Of a stretch of DNA of 64,000 nucleotides, positions 17,084 to 27,791 are shown piece after piece (the stretch's first letter is position 1; every line of letters begins with the position of its first letter). Origin of the DNA: a virus; IMG/VR virus record IMGVR_UViG_3300025892_000009. One strand, written 5' to 3'. Under the pieces are notes generated by a model. The model was not told the origin of the DNA. It was given only the letters and a program-made list of their open reading frames with translations, and made no database searches. The position numbers were made by a program, and so were the translations under genes.

Positions 17084-18178
17084 CTATTTAGATACGGAGA
17101 TATTTCTAATCTCATGATTAAAATCACAAAACTTTTTGGTTGCTTGACCAGGAGTCATGTTTTGTAATGCCTCTCGGTAAGCATCAGTGCCAATCTTCCA
17201 AGTATTTCCACTGCCATCATCGGCAGATTTGTTTGATTGATTTCTGGCAATAGGATCTGAAGTAGCAACTTCTGTTATATGCTGCAACCATGCACGATGT
17301 TGTCCATCATACTGATCTTTAAAAATAATATAATTTGGTCCCCGATGTATAACTTCACCACGGACACCACTATCATCATGCTCTACAATAGCCCCCACCT
17401 TAAAGATGTGATCGAGCATGTAGTGATCACGGAATGCCTCATAATCTAATATGGGAGCATACTCCCAAACAGATTGCTCATGAATTTCACTTTTCTTTTT
17501 ACTCGCTTTCGGTGGTGGTGTCATACCTTTGATGACATCATCCATCATTGCTTTACTGTGCTTTGCGCTGAATCCTTTGGGCATACCAGCATGGTAGGAA
17601 TCATGATCCCCAGATTGAGCATGGTCTCGCATCTTGCTGGCAGAAAGATTTTCAATAGGATCATCGGAGTCATCAGACCTAGCGCCAGCAGACTTAATAT
17701 TAATGGACTTGAAAGCATAGTGCTTACCATTATATTTGGATGTAAGTTTTTCAAATTCCTTTACTCGATCATCACCAACCACCATAGTGACATGCTCATG
17801 ACCTTCATCATGCAAGTCTCTAAGAACATCAAAGATATTCTTGTGTGCTTCGTTGTTTTGAATCTTGTCTGCGTGATGCTTAAACATCTTACGCATATGA
17901 TCTACTTTTTGATTAGGATGTAGAGGATTTTTCTTATGGTCCTGGCTTCGGCTGGGGTAGATACGGTAATTACCCGAGTCGCCCGAGTGCGCTTTGACCG
18001 CATCCAGTAACTTACCATGACCAGCGTGGGGAGGATTAAACCTACCAAAAGTAATGGCGACATGTTTGTCTTCTAATTGTTTACTTTGTGCGGAAGATGA
18101 TTTAGCACCCTTCGATGAAGTAGCAGGTTTCTTAGTAGCAGTTTTTGTTGCTTCTTTCAAAAATTGAATAAATTTCAT
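17084..18178 (-). CDS. HxGH nucleotidyltransferase (cytidylyltransferase/NMNAT-like superfamily)
   Basis: TFGRFNPPHAGH, MVVGDDR, SASKMR. Confidence 0.85.
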   Translation of the reverse strand: MKFIQFLKEATKTATKKPATSSKGAKSSSAQSKQLEDKHVAITFGRFNPPHAGHGKLLDAVKAHSGDSGNYRIYPSRSQDHKKNPLHPNQKVDHMRKMFKHHADKIQNNEAHKNIFDVLRDLHDEGHEHVTMVVGDDRVKEFEKLTSKYNGKHYAFKSINIKSAGARSDDSDDPIENLSASKMRDHAQSGDHDSYHAGMPKGFSAKHSKAMMDDVIKGMTPPPKASKKKSEIHEQSVWEYAPILDYEAFRDHYMLDHIFKVGAIVEHDDSGVRGEVIHRGPNYIIFKDQYDGQHRAWLQHITEVATSDPIARNQSNKSADDGSGNTWKIGTDAYREALQNMTPGQATKKFCDFNHEIRNISVSK

Positions 18179-19374
18179 TTGCCCCAGTCTTTTGCTACGG
18201 TAAAGTTTGCTCTAGAAAATTCTAATCTATCGACGAGTTTGATAGCAGTGCCATCTTTGATGGCAACAAATCCCTCAGGACTCGTGACACGGTAACCATT
18301 CTCATCTTCTAGGAAGGTGCCAACACCCTCAATCTTATTAAGTTTATTAATCACCTGCTCCTTAGCAGAAATGAGTCCTTTGAATCCACTGAGTGCGTGG
18401 ATCATTACAGACTTATTACTATTTAGATAAGACAGAGCTTTAGTTTTACGATCATTCCATTCCTTCTGTGCTTTCTCAGTTTTTTTCTTCTTAATCTCCT
18501 CATCATACTTTTTAATTACAAAGGCACCATACCCTGCAGCAATACCATTGGCATCAGGGACTGTATTACCACCACGAATAACTTGATTAAAATATACCTT
18601 GAATAATGCAGGGGGAGAGAATGACTGTGGACCTTCTGTTTTCTGTATGTCATCTAAGAATTTCCTACCCATCTTCAGAGATCTATCTGCAGCAGCAATG
18701 GATCGATTCAAATTATTAACCTCACCAGGGGTTAGATTTGCCATGCCGTTGACATTCTCAAAGGTAGATGAGAAGACAGCAACATCTTTGACTCCCTGCA
18801 TACCACTGACATTGACACCGAATCCAGCACTCATTTCACCAATAGTATCACCTGAATATGTGGTGTGAAATACGATACCCAGCTTACTAGAAGCAACCTT
18901 CTTACCCAACTCAGAGTACTTAGGAATCACATAAGTGATGGTGTTGGGTTTGAATCTGTAGCATGGTTGTCCCCTCATCGCAATGACATCAGGACGTTTA
19001 GTATAGAGCAGATCTCCCTGCACAACTCCCTTAATGGGCACCTTCTTCAACTGGTCTAGACACTGCTTCATGATCGGATTAAGACTACCACTATACCAGT
19101 GGTCAATGTCAGCATGAGAATAACAAATCTTAGGGGTTGTCTTGTTGAAGACAGACTTGTTACCTACAAAGAAGAGACCAGTCTCAGGGTCAGTGCCACA
19201 GATAATAGCAGGAGCACCGTCCCACTTGACAGTCACCTTAGTGTTGTTACCACCCTTTCCAGAAGACAGCATGTCCCTGAGGGACTGCAGAAAGTTGAGA
19301 GCGTTGGTAGCACCAGCGTATCCTTGGTTAAAGATGTCGTCTTCTAGGTGCTCTAGGTGTGTGTTTTTTGCCAT
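18175..19374 (-). CDS. Conserved protein with ATP-dependent ligase-like nucleotidyltransferase motifs
   Basis: TVKWDG (motif I), VQGDLL (III), PEGFVA (IV), AIKLV (V); fold call is inference. Confidence 0.65.
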   Translation of the reverse strand: MAKNTHLEHLEDDIFNQGYAGATNALNFLQSLRDMLSSGKGGNNTKVTVKWDGAPAIICGTDPETGLFFVGNKSVFNKTTPKICYSHADIDHWYSGSLNPIMKQCLDQLKKVPIKGVVQGDLLYTKRPDVIAMRGQPCYRFKPNTITYVIPKYSELGKKVASSKLGIVFHTTYSGDTIGEMSAGFGVNVSGMQGVKDVAVFSSTFENVNGMANLTPGEVNNLNRSIAAADRSLKMGRKFLDDIQKTEGPQSFSPPALFKVYFNQVIRGGNTVPDANGIAAGYGAFVIKKYDEEIKKKKTEKAQKEWNDRKTKALSYLNSNKSVMIHALSGFKGLISAKEQVINKLNKIEGVGTFLEDENGYRVTSPEGFVAIKDGTAIKLVDRLEFSRANFTVAKDWGK

Positions 19375-19381
19375 GACCTTA

Positions 19382-20392
19382 TTATATCTCCTCTGCGCCG
19401 CTGCGGTTACTTACGAGTGCCACTGGGTAGATTGCCACACGGGCTCCACTGAAACGTTTGCCATCGATATCAAATCCTCTGCCTGCCCTGTATGTAGCAG
19501 CGAATGCTGCACGGTATCCACCAGTAGAAAAGTACTGTGTGTCACCATTCCAAGAGACATGATCAGAGAAGTTTAAGTTGAAACATGCTTCCTCTCCCCT
19601 CTTGGGTTTGAGTATGGGGTTACCTTGAGCAATCATATTCACATTATCAATACCATACTTGCCACCATATGAAGGTCCGTAAACAGACTTATTGATTAGG
19701 TCTTTATTTGACACATAGGAATACACTGGATTGCTTAGTTTGCCTTCAACGATATACCCAGCAACTTTTCTCAGGAAGTTTTTAACTTCAGGATCATCAT
19801 AGATAAGAGTTGGATTACTAGCACTACCAGACTTAGGAGAGACACCACCATATTGCTGATATGCTGCAGGACCACCTGCCTTCTTATGTGAGATGAAGAT
19901 TACATCCTCTCCTTTGGAATTAACAATGGCAAAGTCTGCCTTCGCTTCTCTACCCAAGACCTTCTCAGTAATGTTTTTGACACCTACACAGTTTGGGAAA
20001 TCCCCACTAGGTGTACATATTTTAATAGGACCCAGTTGTTTAACTAGGTCCTTAATGAGTTTATCTAAGTCCTTGATAGCAGCTTCTTCTGCTGCCATGA
20101 CATTTGTTTTTGTAGGTTTCCTGATTTTATTGAGGGCAACATACCCTGTCTTGGATCCTACTTTTACTTTGGCAACTTTCAACCTACCAACAGTGTCTTC
20201 GGAATTGCCTGCCAACTTAAACTCAGTGCCTGCTTCCAGCACACCATGAGTATCTTTCTTGTTTGTTTTGAAGAAAGTAGCATTCATTTTGTCTTCGACT
20301 TTCAGCGTGAGGTCTTTCCACATGCTGTTGTTTTTGACATACTTATCGAATGCACTTTCTCCAGATGTTGACTTGCCTGATAGGGTTGCCAT
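19382..20392 (-). CDS. Hypothetical protein, possible SH3-like plus PD-(D/E)xK-like nuclease domains
   Basis: KVKVGSKTGYV; KADFAIV...FISHKK; GATAAATA box upstream (20423-20416). Confidence 0.55.
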   Translation of the reverse strand: MATLSGKSTSGESAFDKYVKNNSMWKDLTLKVEDKMNATFFKTNKKDTHGVLEAGTEFKLAGNSEDTVGRLKVAKVKVGSKTGYVALNKIRKPTKTNVMAAEEAAIKDLDKLIKDLVKQLGPIKICTPSGDFPNCVGVKNITEKVLGREAKADFAIVNSKGEDVIFISHKKAGGPAAYQQYGGVSPKSGSASNPTLIYDDPEVKNFLRKVAGYIVEGKLSNPVYSYVSNKDLINKSVYGPSYGGKYGIDNVNMIAQGNPILKPKRGEEACFNLNFSDHVSWNGDTQYFSTGGYRAAFAATYRAGRGFDIDGKRFSGARVAIYPVALVSNRSGAEEI

Positions 20393-20414
20393 CTATTAGA
20401 GAAATTCTACCTAA

Positions 20415-20612
20415 TTATTTATCAATACTTTTTAGATAGTCTTTTTCATCTTGATATGGTTTTGTTTTACCAGACCAAATTTCATATCCAGATATCAAGT
20501 CTGGAAGTAACCACTGATCCACCCTAATACATTGATTCCAGTTAGTAGGATGAGCACAACTCACAACTACTACTGTAAAAAATGTCCTCAGATGGATCCA
20601 GAGGGAGAGCAT
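20415..20612 (-). CDS. Small hypothetical protein
   Basis: 65-aa ORF coupled to the mazG stop. Confidence 0.7.
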   Translation of the reverse strand: MLSLWIHLRTFFTVVVVSCAHPTNWNQCIRVDQWLLPDLISGYEIWSGKTKPYQDEKDYLKSIDK

Positions 20613-21274
20613 CAGATATCACCAGGGACACGATTCTCAGAGTATCCAACATCAAACATACCTTGAGGGTAGCGAGCAGCCAACTTCAAAGTATTAATAT
20701 AAAGGACTTCATCCAGACGCACATCCAAAGCAAGACATGCTTGAGCAACATACCACATGATATCACCCAACTCCTTTGTCAGATGCTCTTTGTTTGCATC
20801 ATCATAGGGTTTGCCTTGAAACTTAATCTTCTTAACAATCTCTGCAAATTCACCACCTTCAGCAGAGATACCAGAAGCAGCAGTATCTAGACGTGCAATA
20901 TTACACTTTGCTTTATCCAACTCCCGATACCTTTCAATCAGAGTATTCAGATCTTTGCTGGGATCTGAAGTAACACGATCAACAAACGAAGCATACTTAT
21001 CCAAATCGACAGTAAACTTTTGTGGGACCTTAGAATCTGCTTTATCATCACGATCCTTAAGACGCTCTTTCAAACGCTTCTTAGACCTAGGAGCACCTTG
21101 AAGATAATCATCACCCAACAATTCTTCTGCACTTTGAGGAACGTCGTCAGAAACTTCCTTAGCACCTTCTACTGCTGCTTCAACCTTGTCCCGTGCTCGA
21201 CTATTAATTTCTTCAGCGGCGGCGTCTGCTGCACCACTATCGTTAGCATCATTAGTGTAATTAATCTCGGTCAT
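20612..21274 (-). CDS. mazG: MazG-like nucleotide pyrophosphohydrolase with N-terminal extension
   Basis: GISAEGGEFAEIVKK...KELGDIMWY...NTLKLAARYP. Confidence 0.9.
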   Translation of the reverse strand: MTEINYTNDANDSGAADAAAEEINSRARDKVEAAVEGAKEVSDDVPQSAEELLGDDYLQGAPRSKKRLKERLKDRDDKADSKVPQKFTVDLDKYASFVDRVTSDPSKDLNTLIERYRELDKAKCNIARLDTAASGISAEGGEFAEIVKKIKFQGKPYDDANKEHLTKELGDIMWYVAQACLALDVRLDEVLYINTLKLAARYPQGMFDVGYSENRVPGDI

Positions 21275-21276
21275 AA

Positions 21277-22659
21277 TTAAATCTTGAATCCTGTGAATTT
21301 TTCTTTGGTCTCGGTAAAGGTTGATCCTGCACTACCGATGTTACCAGCATCGATAATATCGTCTTGCTCAGACTGATCACAATCATACAACCTCATCTTC
21401 GCCCTGTCAATACCAACAACAAAACGTTTGAATACTGTAGGGTCATTATATCTATTCTTCAATTGCTTGACCATAATCTGACCCATCTGCTCCATGTCTT
21501 CTGTAGAAATAAGAGCAATCATAAGGTCAGCAGTGGCTGGAAGTCCGAAGGATTCCGATGTGTCTGTAATATCCACATCACTATTACCATAACCACTACG
21601 AGTGGTTTGGGTAGCAGAAACGATAGGGACATTATGCTCACCAGCAAGTCCCCTCAACTCCTCAGCAATTGCTTTCACATAGGTATATGAGTTAACAATA
21701 GTGCCTTTATATCGAGATGAAGCACAAATGTTTAGATAGTCAATGAAAATAATATCAGGTTGAAATCCTTTCTTCAAAGACAACTCATTTAAGAGTGCCT
21801 TGAAGTGTCCAACATGAGCAGAAGCAGTGGGGTATTCTTTAATAACAAGTTTACCCTGAGTCTTTTTCTTCAACCTATCCATTCTAGCCGTATAGTGATC
21901 CTTAGTGAAGATAGGGTCACTCAGTTGTTGGATCGGGAGGTCCAAAAGGTTGGCGTCAATTCTTTCAGCAATGCGCTCTTCTGCCATCTCCATTGTAATA
22001 TAGAGAACGTTTCTCCCTTGGAGCAGCACGGAGCTAGCGACATGGCACATGAATAAAGACTTGCCGACACCTGTACCAGCAAGCGCGATATTAAGAGTTT
22101 TGTTAGGTAAACCACCTTTTGTGATTTTGTTGAGATATTCGATATCGAAGGGGATCTTCTCTTCGGTTCTATGATAGAAGTCATATCGGTCATTGGCATC
22201 TTGAATGTAATCGTGTCCTACATGGTCATCAAAACACACCCCAAGTGCCTCACTCATGATGTGAGGAATGGCGTCTTTACTACGAGTCTGGTCTTGACCG
22301 TCTGCGATCTTAACCGACTCCATTAGTGCCAAGTATATAGCACGTTCTTTACACCACTTTTCTGTGGTGGCAACTAACCAATCTTCATTGTATTGATCGT
22401 GATCTAGGTTATCTAAAAATTTTTCAATGTCATGGAAAACTTCTTCACTAATATCACGACGTTTTTCAACTTCGATCTTTAATGCATTGGGCTCTGGTGT
22501 AGTATCATACTCACTAATATACTCACTCAAGGTGTTGAATAGTATACGATTAGTAAGCATGTCAAAGTACTCATCCTTAAGGAAGGGTAGCACTTTACGA
22601 CAGTAATCTTCTTGGAGAATTAACTTACTTAGTGCAACTTCTTCGATCTTTAAGCTCAT
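21277..22659 (-). CDS. gp41: Replicative DNA helicase (T4 gp41-like)
   Basis: AGTGVGKS Walker A, IFIDYLN, SATQTTR, SESFG, KNRY. Confidence 0.96.
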   Translation of the reverse strand: MSLKIEEVALSKLILQEDYCRKVLPFLKDEYFDMLTNRILFNTLSEYISEYDTTPEPNALKIEVEKRRDISEEVFHDIEKFLDNLDHDQYNEDWLVATTEKWCKERAIYLALMESVKIADGQDQTRSKDAIPHIMSEALGVCFDDHVGHDYIQDANDRYDFYHRTEEKIPFDIEYLNKITKGGLPNKTLNIALAGTGVGKSLFMCHVASSVLLQGRNVLYITMEMAEERIAERIDANLLDLPIQQLSDPIFTKDHYTARMDRLKKKTQGKLVIKEYPTASAHVGHFKALLNELSLKKGFQPDIIFIDYLNICASSRYKGTIVNSYTYVKAIAEELRGLAGEHNVPIVSATQTTRSGYGNSDVDITDTSESFGLPATADLMIALISTEDMEQMGQIMVKQLKNRYNDPTVFKRFVVGIDRAKMRLYDCDQSEQDDIIDAGNIGSAGSTFTETKEKFTGFKI

Positions 22660-23216
22660 TGATAATGTAGATAAGTGGTGAGAATGTACTTGTCATCACT
22701 CTTAGGAGTGATTCCTGCATGTGGGTATTGCCATGTTGGTGGAAACATGACTATCCTACCACGTTTTGCTTTGACTGCATAGTCACAGTATTTGAAATAT
22801 GTTTCTCCCCCATCTTCAACATCATTCAGATAGCAGAAATATGTGAGAAACCTACGAGCAGATGGATAGTCACCCACATCAATATGCTCGTCAAACTTAC
22901 CATCATTAGCAGAGTATTTTACAACTTTGATTTGCTCTAAACCATTCTTCTGCGGCATATATTTCTCACAGTCAACATCAATGATGTATTGCTGACCACA
23001 TGCTTTCAATGCAGTAACGATCTGATTCTGCATGATACCCCACTCATGATCATTAGCATTTTCTGCTAAGTCTGTCATATTCAATGCTGCAAATTTAATT
23101 GCAGGCTCATCCATTAAAACTTTATTACTATCTTTATCGAAATTATAAATGATATTCCTACAAAGATTTTCATCAAGAACGTCATCGTAGACTTTAATAA
23201 AATTCTTAAGATCCAT
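22656..23216 (-). CDS. 2OG-Fe(II) oxygenase
   Basis: EHIDV...[13 protein letters not shown]...WQYPHAG. Confidence 0.88.
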   Translation of the reverse strand: MDLKNFIKVYDDVLDENLCRNIIYNFDKDSNKVLMDEPAIKFAALNMTDLAENANDHEWGIMQNQIVTALKACGQQYIIDVDCEKYMPQKNGLEQIKVVKYSANDGKFDEHIDVGDYPSARRFLTYFCYLNDVEDGGETYFKYCDYAVKAKRGRIVMFPPTWQYPHAGITPKSDDKYILTTYLHYQ

Positions 23217-24219
23217 AACAAAACTCCTGCTCAGCTGCCTTATCTAGTTGTGCCATAATTTCAGGTGTGAAGTATTTCTCAGGGTCGGCAAGAATAGTTT
23301 TAGGATAGACAGAGGATCCATCAATCTTGATACGATTACCAACACGATCAAATACTCCATACTTTTCACCCAACTCCAAGAGTCCATAGTATCGATCAAG
23401 TCCTCTATCATCATAGAATAATCTAGTTTCAACTGTAGTATTCTCTTTTGTCAGTCTAGACTTTGCTGTCTTTGCTTTGATGATATTACCTACAATATCG
23501 GTGCCATCTTTTTCTTTCTTCTTACCCAGATAGATGATAGTAGAAGCAGCATATTTCAGACCACTACCACCACCCATCTCTTTGGTAGGGACATATGCAC
23601 CAACAACATCATAAGTATGATTAGTAACAATCATAGGCACGTTTGCTTTACCTAGTTTTAGGGTTAGCACACGGAAAATAGACTTGACCACCTGAGCACG
23701 GGTCATATCTCTGGTCTCTTTACCTGCTTCAGAGTCTTCAATCTCCTTAGTAGTTGATAGCATACCTAAGGAGTCAAGCACAAACAACAAAGGTTTGCGT
23801 TTATCTGCAGGTTGCTCAAGATACTTATCAAGTATACGAATTGCTTGCAATCTAAACTCTTGTACCGTAGTGACAGGCACAACAACCATACGCTTACTGT
23901 CAATGTTTCTCGTTTCAATCATCTCACGAGAGATGGCAGACTCAGATTCAAAATAAATTACACCTGCATCAGGATCAGTCTCAAGAAAATGCTTAACAAT
24001 ACCAAGACAATAAAAAGTTTTACCAGTCGAGGACTCGCCAGCAATTGCTGTAATTTTATTCGATGGAATACCACCGTATATAGATCCAGATACTAGAGCA
24101 TTAAAGATGTAGGATCCAGTATCAATGTAAGCAGTTGTATCACCTGCCGATACGCCGTCAGAAACTAAACCAGCATATTCATTATCAATTTCTTTTACAA
24201 TGTCCGATAAAAAATTCAT
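23206..24219 (-). CDS. uvsX: RecA-like recombinase
   Basis: [26 protein letters not shown]; start at MNFLSD overlapping the gp43 stop. Confidence 0.95.
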   Translation of the reverse strand: MNFLSDIVKEIDNEYAGLVSDGVSAGDTTAYIDTGSYIFNALVSGSIYGGIPSNKITAIAGESSTGKTFYCLGIVKHFLETDPDAGVIYFESESAISREMIETRNIDSKRMVVVPVTTVQEFRLQAIRILDKYLEQPADKRKPLLFVLDSLGMLSTTKEIEDSEAGKETRDMTRAQVVKSIFRVLTLKLGKANVPMIVTNHTYDVVGAYVPTKEMGGGSGLKYAASTIIYLGKKKEKDGTDIVGNIIKAKTAKSRLTKENTTVETRLFYDDRGLDRYYGLLELGEKYGVFDRVGNRIKIDGSSVYPKTILADPEKYFTPEIMAQLDKAAEQEFCYGS

Positions 24220-26723
24220 GACCAAAGTGCCTCTAATGTGTTTACTTGTTCTGCTTTCCACCCGATATTATCGAGAATTTTCTTGAGAGGATCTAGGAAA
24301 CTCTTTGTAAACTGTTGGTCATAATCAACTGAGTTGTCAAGACCAAACTCCCTAGGGAGTGTTTGAAAGAAAGATACTACATTCTCATTAATTTTGTTAG
24401 GTGTCCTCAAGTGCAGATACTTGATCTTTTCACCCTCTTGAATCAAAGGATATTTGTGGGACAACTTCTTTTTCTTGATCCAAAAATTATATAGAAGTGC
24501 TCCCCGCACATGTATAGGGCATGCCTTACCGTAGATAGTAACAGGAGAAGAATTCTTTGCGATATTATTACATCCCCTAGGGAAAGCAATATCTTCTGGT
24601 GCCATAGATTCAAATTCCTTACGGAAGTTTTTAATAAATTTTTGAGTTGCTTCCTCACTTCCTGTCATAATAACATTAAGTGCTTCCTTAATTGCTGTGC
24701 GGCAGGGTGCAGGAGTAGAAGACTTAACTGCTTCGATGCCCATCATCTTGAGTTTCGGCTCAGCATACTGGACACCTTCACTATTCCACACGTTAAGAAT
24801 GTATCGCTTCTTAGCAGTCCAGATGCCCTTGTTAGCGATATTCTCACGCTTCATAAACATCTTCTGATCATAAGCACTTACATAGGTTGCCAACGTTTCA
24901 TAAGAATTTCGTATATACTTCTCAAATTCCACTTCACACACCTTGTCAAGGAACCTAACAATACTCTCATCGCTCGCCTCTCTGCCCTTGAATACCTCGT
25001 GTACAAAAGGACCCAGATTGAGATAAATGGAATCAGTATCAGAAGCAATAACATAGTCAACATCCTCAGTTTTCAATAGTTTATTTAAGTATTCATTCAT
25101 TCGGTCTTCGATCCACCGAATCGAGACCTGACCCGAGAGGGTAATCGCTTCAGCATTTGCCAAAGAGTAGTATCTGAAGTATTGGTTTCCAATGGCACCA
25201 TAGGCAGAGTTGAGTTGGATCTTTCTTGCCATTTGGATGTTGTTGAATTTTGACACATCCTTTTGTAGTGCCAAGGTCTCTGCAGGTGTGGTGGCATTTT
25301 CGAGATTCTGCTTAGAGACCAGCATTCGTTTCTTGTAAATGGTCCTTTCATCATAAATCCTCTGCATCATTTGGGGAAGAAATCCGTGAATGTCTTTACG
25401 ATATTGAGCACCATTAGCACACACGGCATATTCACTATCAAAAGTTGACTCTTGATTTAGAATTTTATCGACAGTTATCGTAGGGTGTCTCCTCTCAACC
25501 AACGTCTCTGGCGAGATGTTGTATTGCATAATGAGGTGAGGGTATAGTGAGTTGAGGTCAAAAGAAACAACCCAGTCATACAATCCTGGAATAGGGTCTT
25601 TAACATACGCACCTTCATACTTTTCATCCTTCTTAGAAGTTAGTTTAGGAGGGACAACAATGTTGCGTTTAGTAAGATCATTATAGATCAAAGTATCCCA
25701 CATACGTACTTGCGAGTATACATCTTCAAAGTTAACCTTAGCATCAAATGCCATGGCAACTGCCAACTCAATGAGTTTCATCTTGTCTTCTAGTTTATCA
25801 ACTAGATTCACATCATGGATGTTGTATTCAACAAAACGTTGCCAATCAGATGTATAGAAGTCCTTGAAGTTTTCAAACTCCGAGTGGTCCAACTTATTAT
25901 CATCCAACTCAACCATAGCAATATGATCGAGACGATATGATTCCTGATTGGTGTAGGTAAACTTCTTGTAGAGATCCATGTAATCAAGAATATTGATACC
26001 TGTCAACTCATATGCAAGGTTAGTCCTACCTTTAACCTTAATCTCCCGATCAATCACCCTATTCCAAGGCGAGAGACTCTTCTTCCACTTCTCTCCCAAT
26101 ACCCTTTCAATACGGCGGCAAATGTATGGAATATCATAGAAATTACAATTCCAACCTGTCACAATATCAGGGGTATTATGGACCCACCATGCATGGAAAT
26201 CTGCTAGCATCTCATGCTCTGTCCAGAAGACACGATACTCAACATCCTTAGGAGTAACAAACTCTCTAGTGCCCCAAGTAATAGTTTCCTTAGTATTAAA
26301 ATTCTTGATAGTAATACAAAGCATTTCCTCTGCCGATGCTTGCACATCAGGGAAACCATTCTCACATGCAACCTCAATGTCAATCGTATAGATCTTCATC
26401 TTAGACATGTCATAATCAATTTCACCAGGAAACTTCTGACCGATATGCTGATAGACATACCTTTCATATCCATGGACTTCCATGCCCACAGCATCCATGT
26501 ACTGATTAACAAACTCTCGTGCTTCACGAGCACCATCAAAACGCTTAGGATAAGCACGTCGTCCATCTAGAGTATGGAAGTCTGATGGTTTAGTTTGTGC
26601 AGATGGCACCATAAACATAATGGGAGATGACTTCTCGCGATACTTAACGGGCTGTCCGTTTTCATATCCACGGTAAAGAATGTCATCTCCCAAGAGCACG
26701 AGACTAGTATAAAAATTACTCAT
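24216..26723 (-). CDS. gp43: Family B DNA polymerase (T4 gp43-like)
   Basis: Exo [28 protein letters not shown]; no intein or intron. Confidence 0.98.
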   Translation of the reverse strand: MSNFYTSLVLLGDDILYRGYENGQPVKYREKSSPIMFMVPSAQTKPSDFHTLDGRRAYPKRFDGAREAREFVNQYMDAVGMEVHGYERYVYQHIGQKFPGEIDYDMSKMKIYTIDIEVACENGFPDVQASAEEMLCITIKNFNTKETITWGTREFVTPKDVEYRVFWTEHEMLADFHAWWVHNTPDIVTGWNCNFYDIPYICRRIERVLGEKWKKSLSPWNRVIDREIKVKGRTNLAYELTGINILDYMDLYKKFTYTNQESYRLDHIAMVELDDNKLDHSEFENFKDFYTSDWQRFVEYNIHDVNLVDKLEDKMKLIELAVAMAFDAKVNFEDVYSQVRMWDTLIYNDLTKRNIVVPPKLTSKKDEKYEGAYVKDPIPGLYDWVVSFDLNSLYPHLIMQYNISPETLVERRHPTITVDKILNQESTFDSEYAVCANGAQYRKDIHGFLPQMMQRIYDERTIYKKRMLVSKQNLENATTPAETLALQKDVSKFNNIQMARKIQLNSAYGAIGNQYFRYYSLANAEAITLSGQVSIRWIEDRMNEYLNKLLKTEDVDYVIASDTDSIYLNLGPFVHEVFKGREASDESIVRFLDKVCEVEFEKYIRNSYETLATYVSAYDQKMFMKRENIANKGIWTAKKRYILNVWNSEGVQYAEPKLKMMGIEAVKSSTPAPCRTAIKEALNVIMTGSEEATQKFIKNFRKEFESMAPEDIAFPRGCNNIAKNSSPVTIYGKACPIHVRGALLYNFWIKKKKLSHKYPLIQEGEKIKYLHLRTPNKINENVVSFFQTLPREFGLDNSVDYDQQFTKSFLDPLKKILDNIGWKAEQVNTLEALWS

Positions 26724-26961
26724 TCACCTCTTTGTACTTTACCACGATAGTGGGGGATGGATCCAGTATAGTCATAACATCAGAGGTTGTCAAGAAAAGA
26801 AACCTCTGATCCGTATGCAATGGGTACTGTATCAATTCGTTTTCAGGTGAGATTGCATAACAATCCTCCAACAGGAGACCTGGCTCATCATCCATCTCCG
26901 TTAGTTTCCCCAACAAGTAGGTCTGTGGGTGGTGTTTGAGAATAATCAATTTCAGCATCAT
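26716..26961 (-). CDS. Hypothetical protein
   Basis: 81-aa ORF coupled to gp43. Confidence 0.7.
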   Translation of the reverse strand: MMLKLIILKHHPQTYLLGKLTEMDDEPGLLLEDCYAISPENELIQYPLHTDQRFLFLTTSDVMTILDPSPTIVVKYKEVNE

Positions 26962-27316
26962 TTTTAGGGCGGTTGAGTGTTTTGTATTGCTCTAGGACTT
27001 GTTGATATCCTGTAAGCACATTAGCATGCGGTTCTGACATTGACACTACAGACAACAGTGTAACAATGTTACGACCTGTTGATAGAGGTGCCCAAGGAAA
27101 GAATTCTAGTTTCATATCTTTAAGAGATTCCAATGAAGAACTAGATTCCTCATTCTCTTCTACCAAAAACATATCTCCAACGGGTCTCTGAATCATAACA
27201 CTGAATGAATCTTCAAATTCATATGCAAGTGCAACTGAAGACTGAGCATTCTCCCGAATTTCTTTCACATTAGCAATTACGTCTTCCCCGTTTTGCATTC
27301 TTGCGATTTTGATCAT
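26888..27316 (-). CDS. Hypothetical protein (possible Sm-like fold)
   Basis: KIARMQNGEDVIANV N-terminus. Confidence 0.65.
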   Translation of the reverse strand: MIKIARMQNGEDVIANVKEIRENAQSSVALAYEFEDSFSVMIQRPVGDMFLVEENEESSSSLESLKDMKLEFFPWAPLSTGRNIVTLLSVVSMSEPHANVLTGYQQVLEQYKTLNRPKNDAEIDYSQTPPTDLLVGETNGDG

Positions 27317-27509
27317 AACTTTTCTCCATTAAATTTTCAAAAGTAAACTTCACCATGTCCACAAAGGCACGGCGGGATGTAACATTTCTTTCATCCGCAA
27401 TGACATTAACCATCCTCATAAACTCATCCATATATTCAGGAGGAAGATCTACGGTAAGAGTCTCAGGTTTATCTGTATATGGTGGACACAAATTCACGTA
27501 ATGATTCAT
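27270..27509 (-). CDS. Small hypothetical protein
   Basis: Track ORF to 27521 (TTG); ATG start MNHY preferred. Confidence 0.7.
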   Translation of the reverse strand: MNHYVNLCPPYTDKPETLTVDLPPEYMDEFMRMVNVIADERNVTSRRAFVDMVKFTFENLMEKSYDQNRKNAKRGRRNC

Positions 27510-27525
27510 AGTATTCTCCAAATAA

Positions 27526-27547
27526 AAAGAGACCCTAGGGTCTCTTT
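27526..27547 (-). terminator. Palindromic terminator after hsp20 unit
   Basis: AAAGAGACCCTAGGGTCTCTTT perfect palindrome plus T-tract. Confidence 0.8.
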
Positions 27548-27569
27548 AGTTGTACATTATATAGGTTGA

Positions 27570-27791
27570 TTAGTAGTCCATGTTTCCACCATAACTGATA
27601 CAGGTCTTTTTGTTTTCTGCTGATGATCTACACCACTGTCTAACATAAGAATTTGCATCCATATTCATTGAATAGTGAGCATAGTTATGTAATCCTCCGA
27701 TTACAATCAGCGTTCCAATCGTGATCAGATTATAGTGTGTCGCTGGATGGCACATCATCACTTTCAGGTAGTTGAGAATTTTGGATTTCAT
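27570..27791 (-). CDS. Small membrane-associated hypothetical protein
   Basis: 73 aa with LITIGTLIVIGGL segment. Confidence 0.7.
   Translation of the reverse strand: MKSKILNYLKVMMCHPATHYNLITIGTLIVIGGLHNYAHYSMNMDANSYVRQWCRSSAENKKTCISYGGNMDY

Noticed and set aside
424-26723. Introns, inteins or homing endonucleases in psbA, nrdA, nrdB or gp43
   Set aside because: All are continuous ORFs of normal length; no HNH, GIY-YIG or LAGLIDADG motif recognised nearby.
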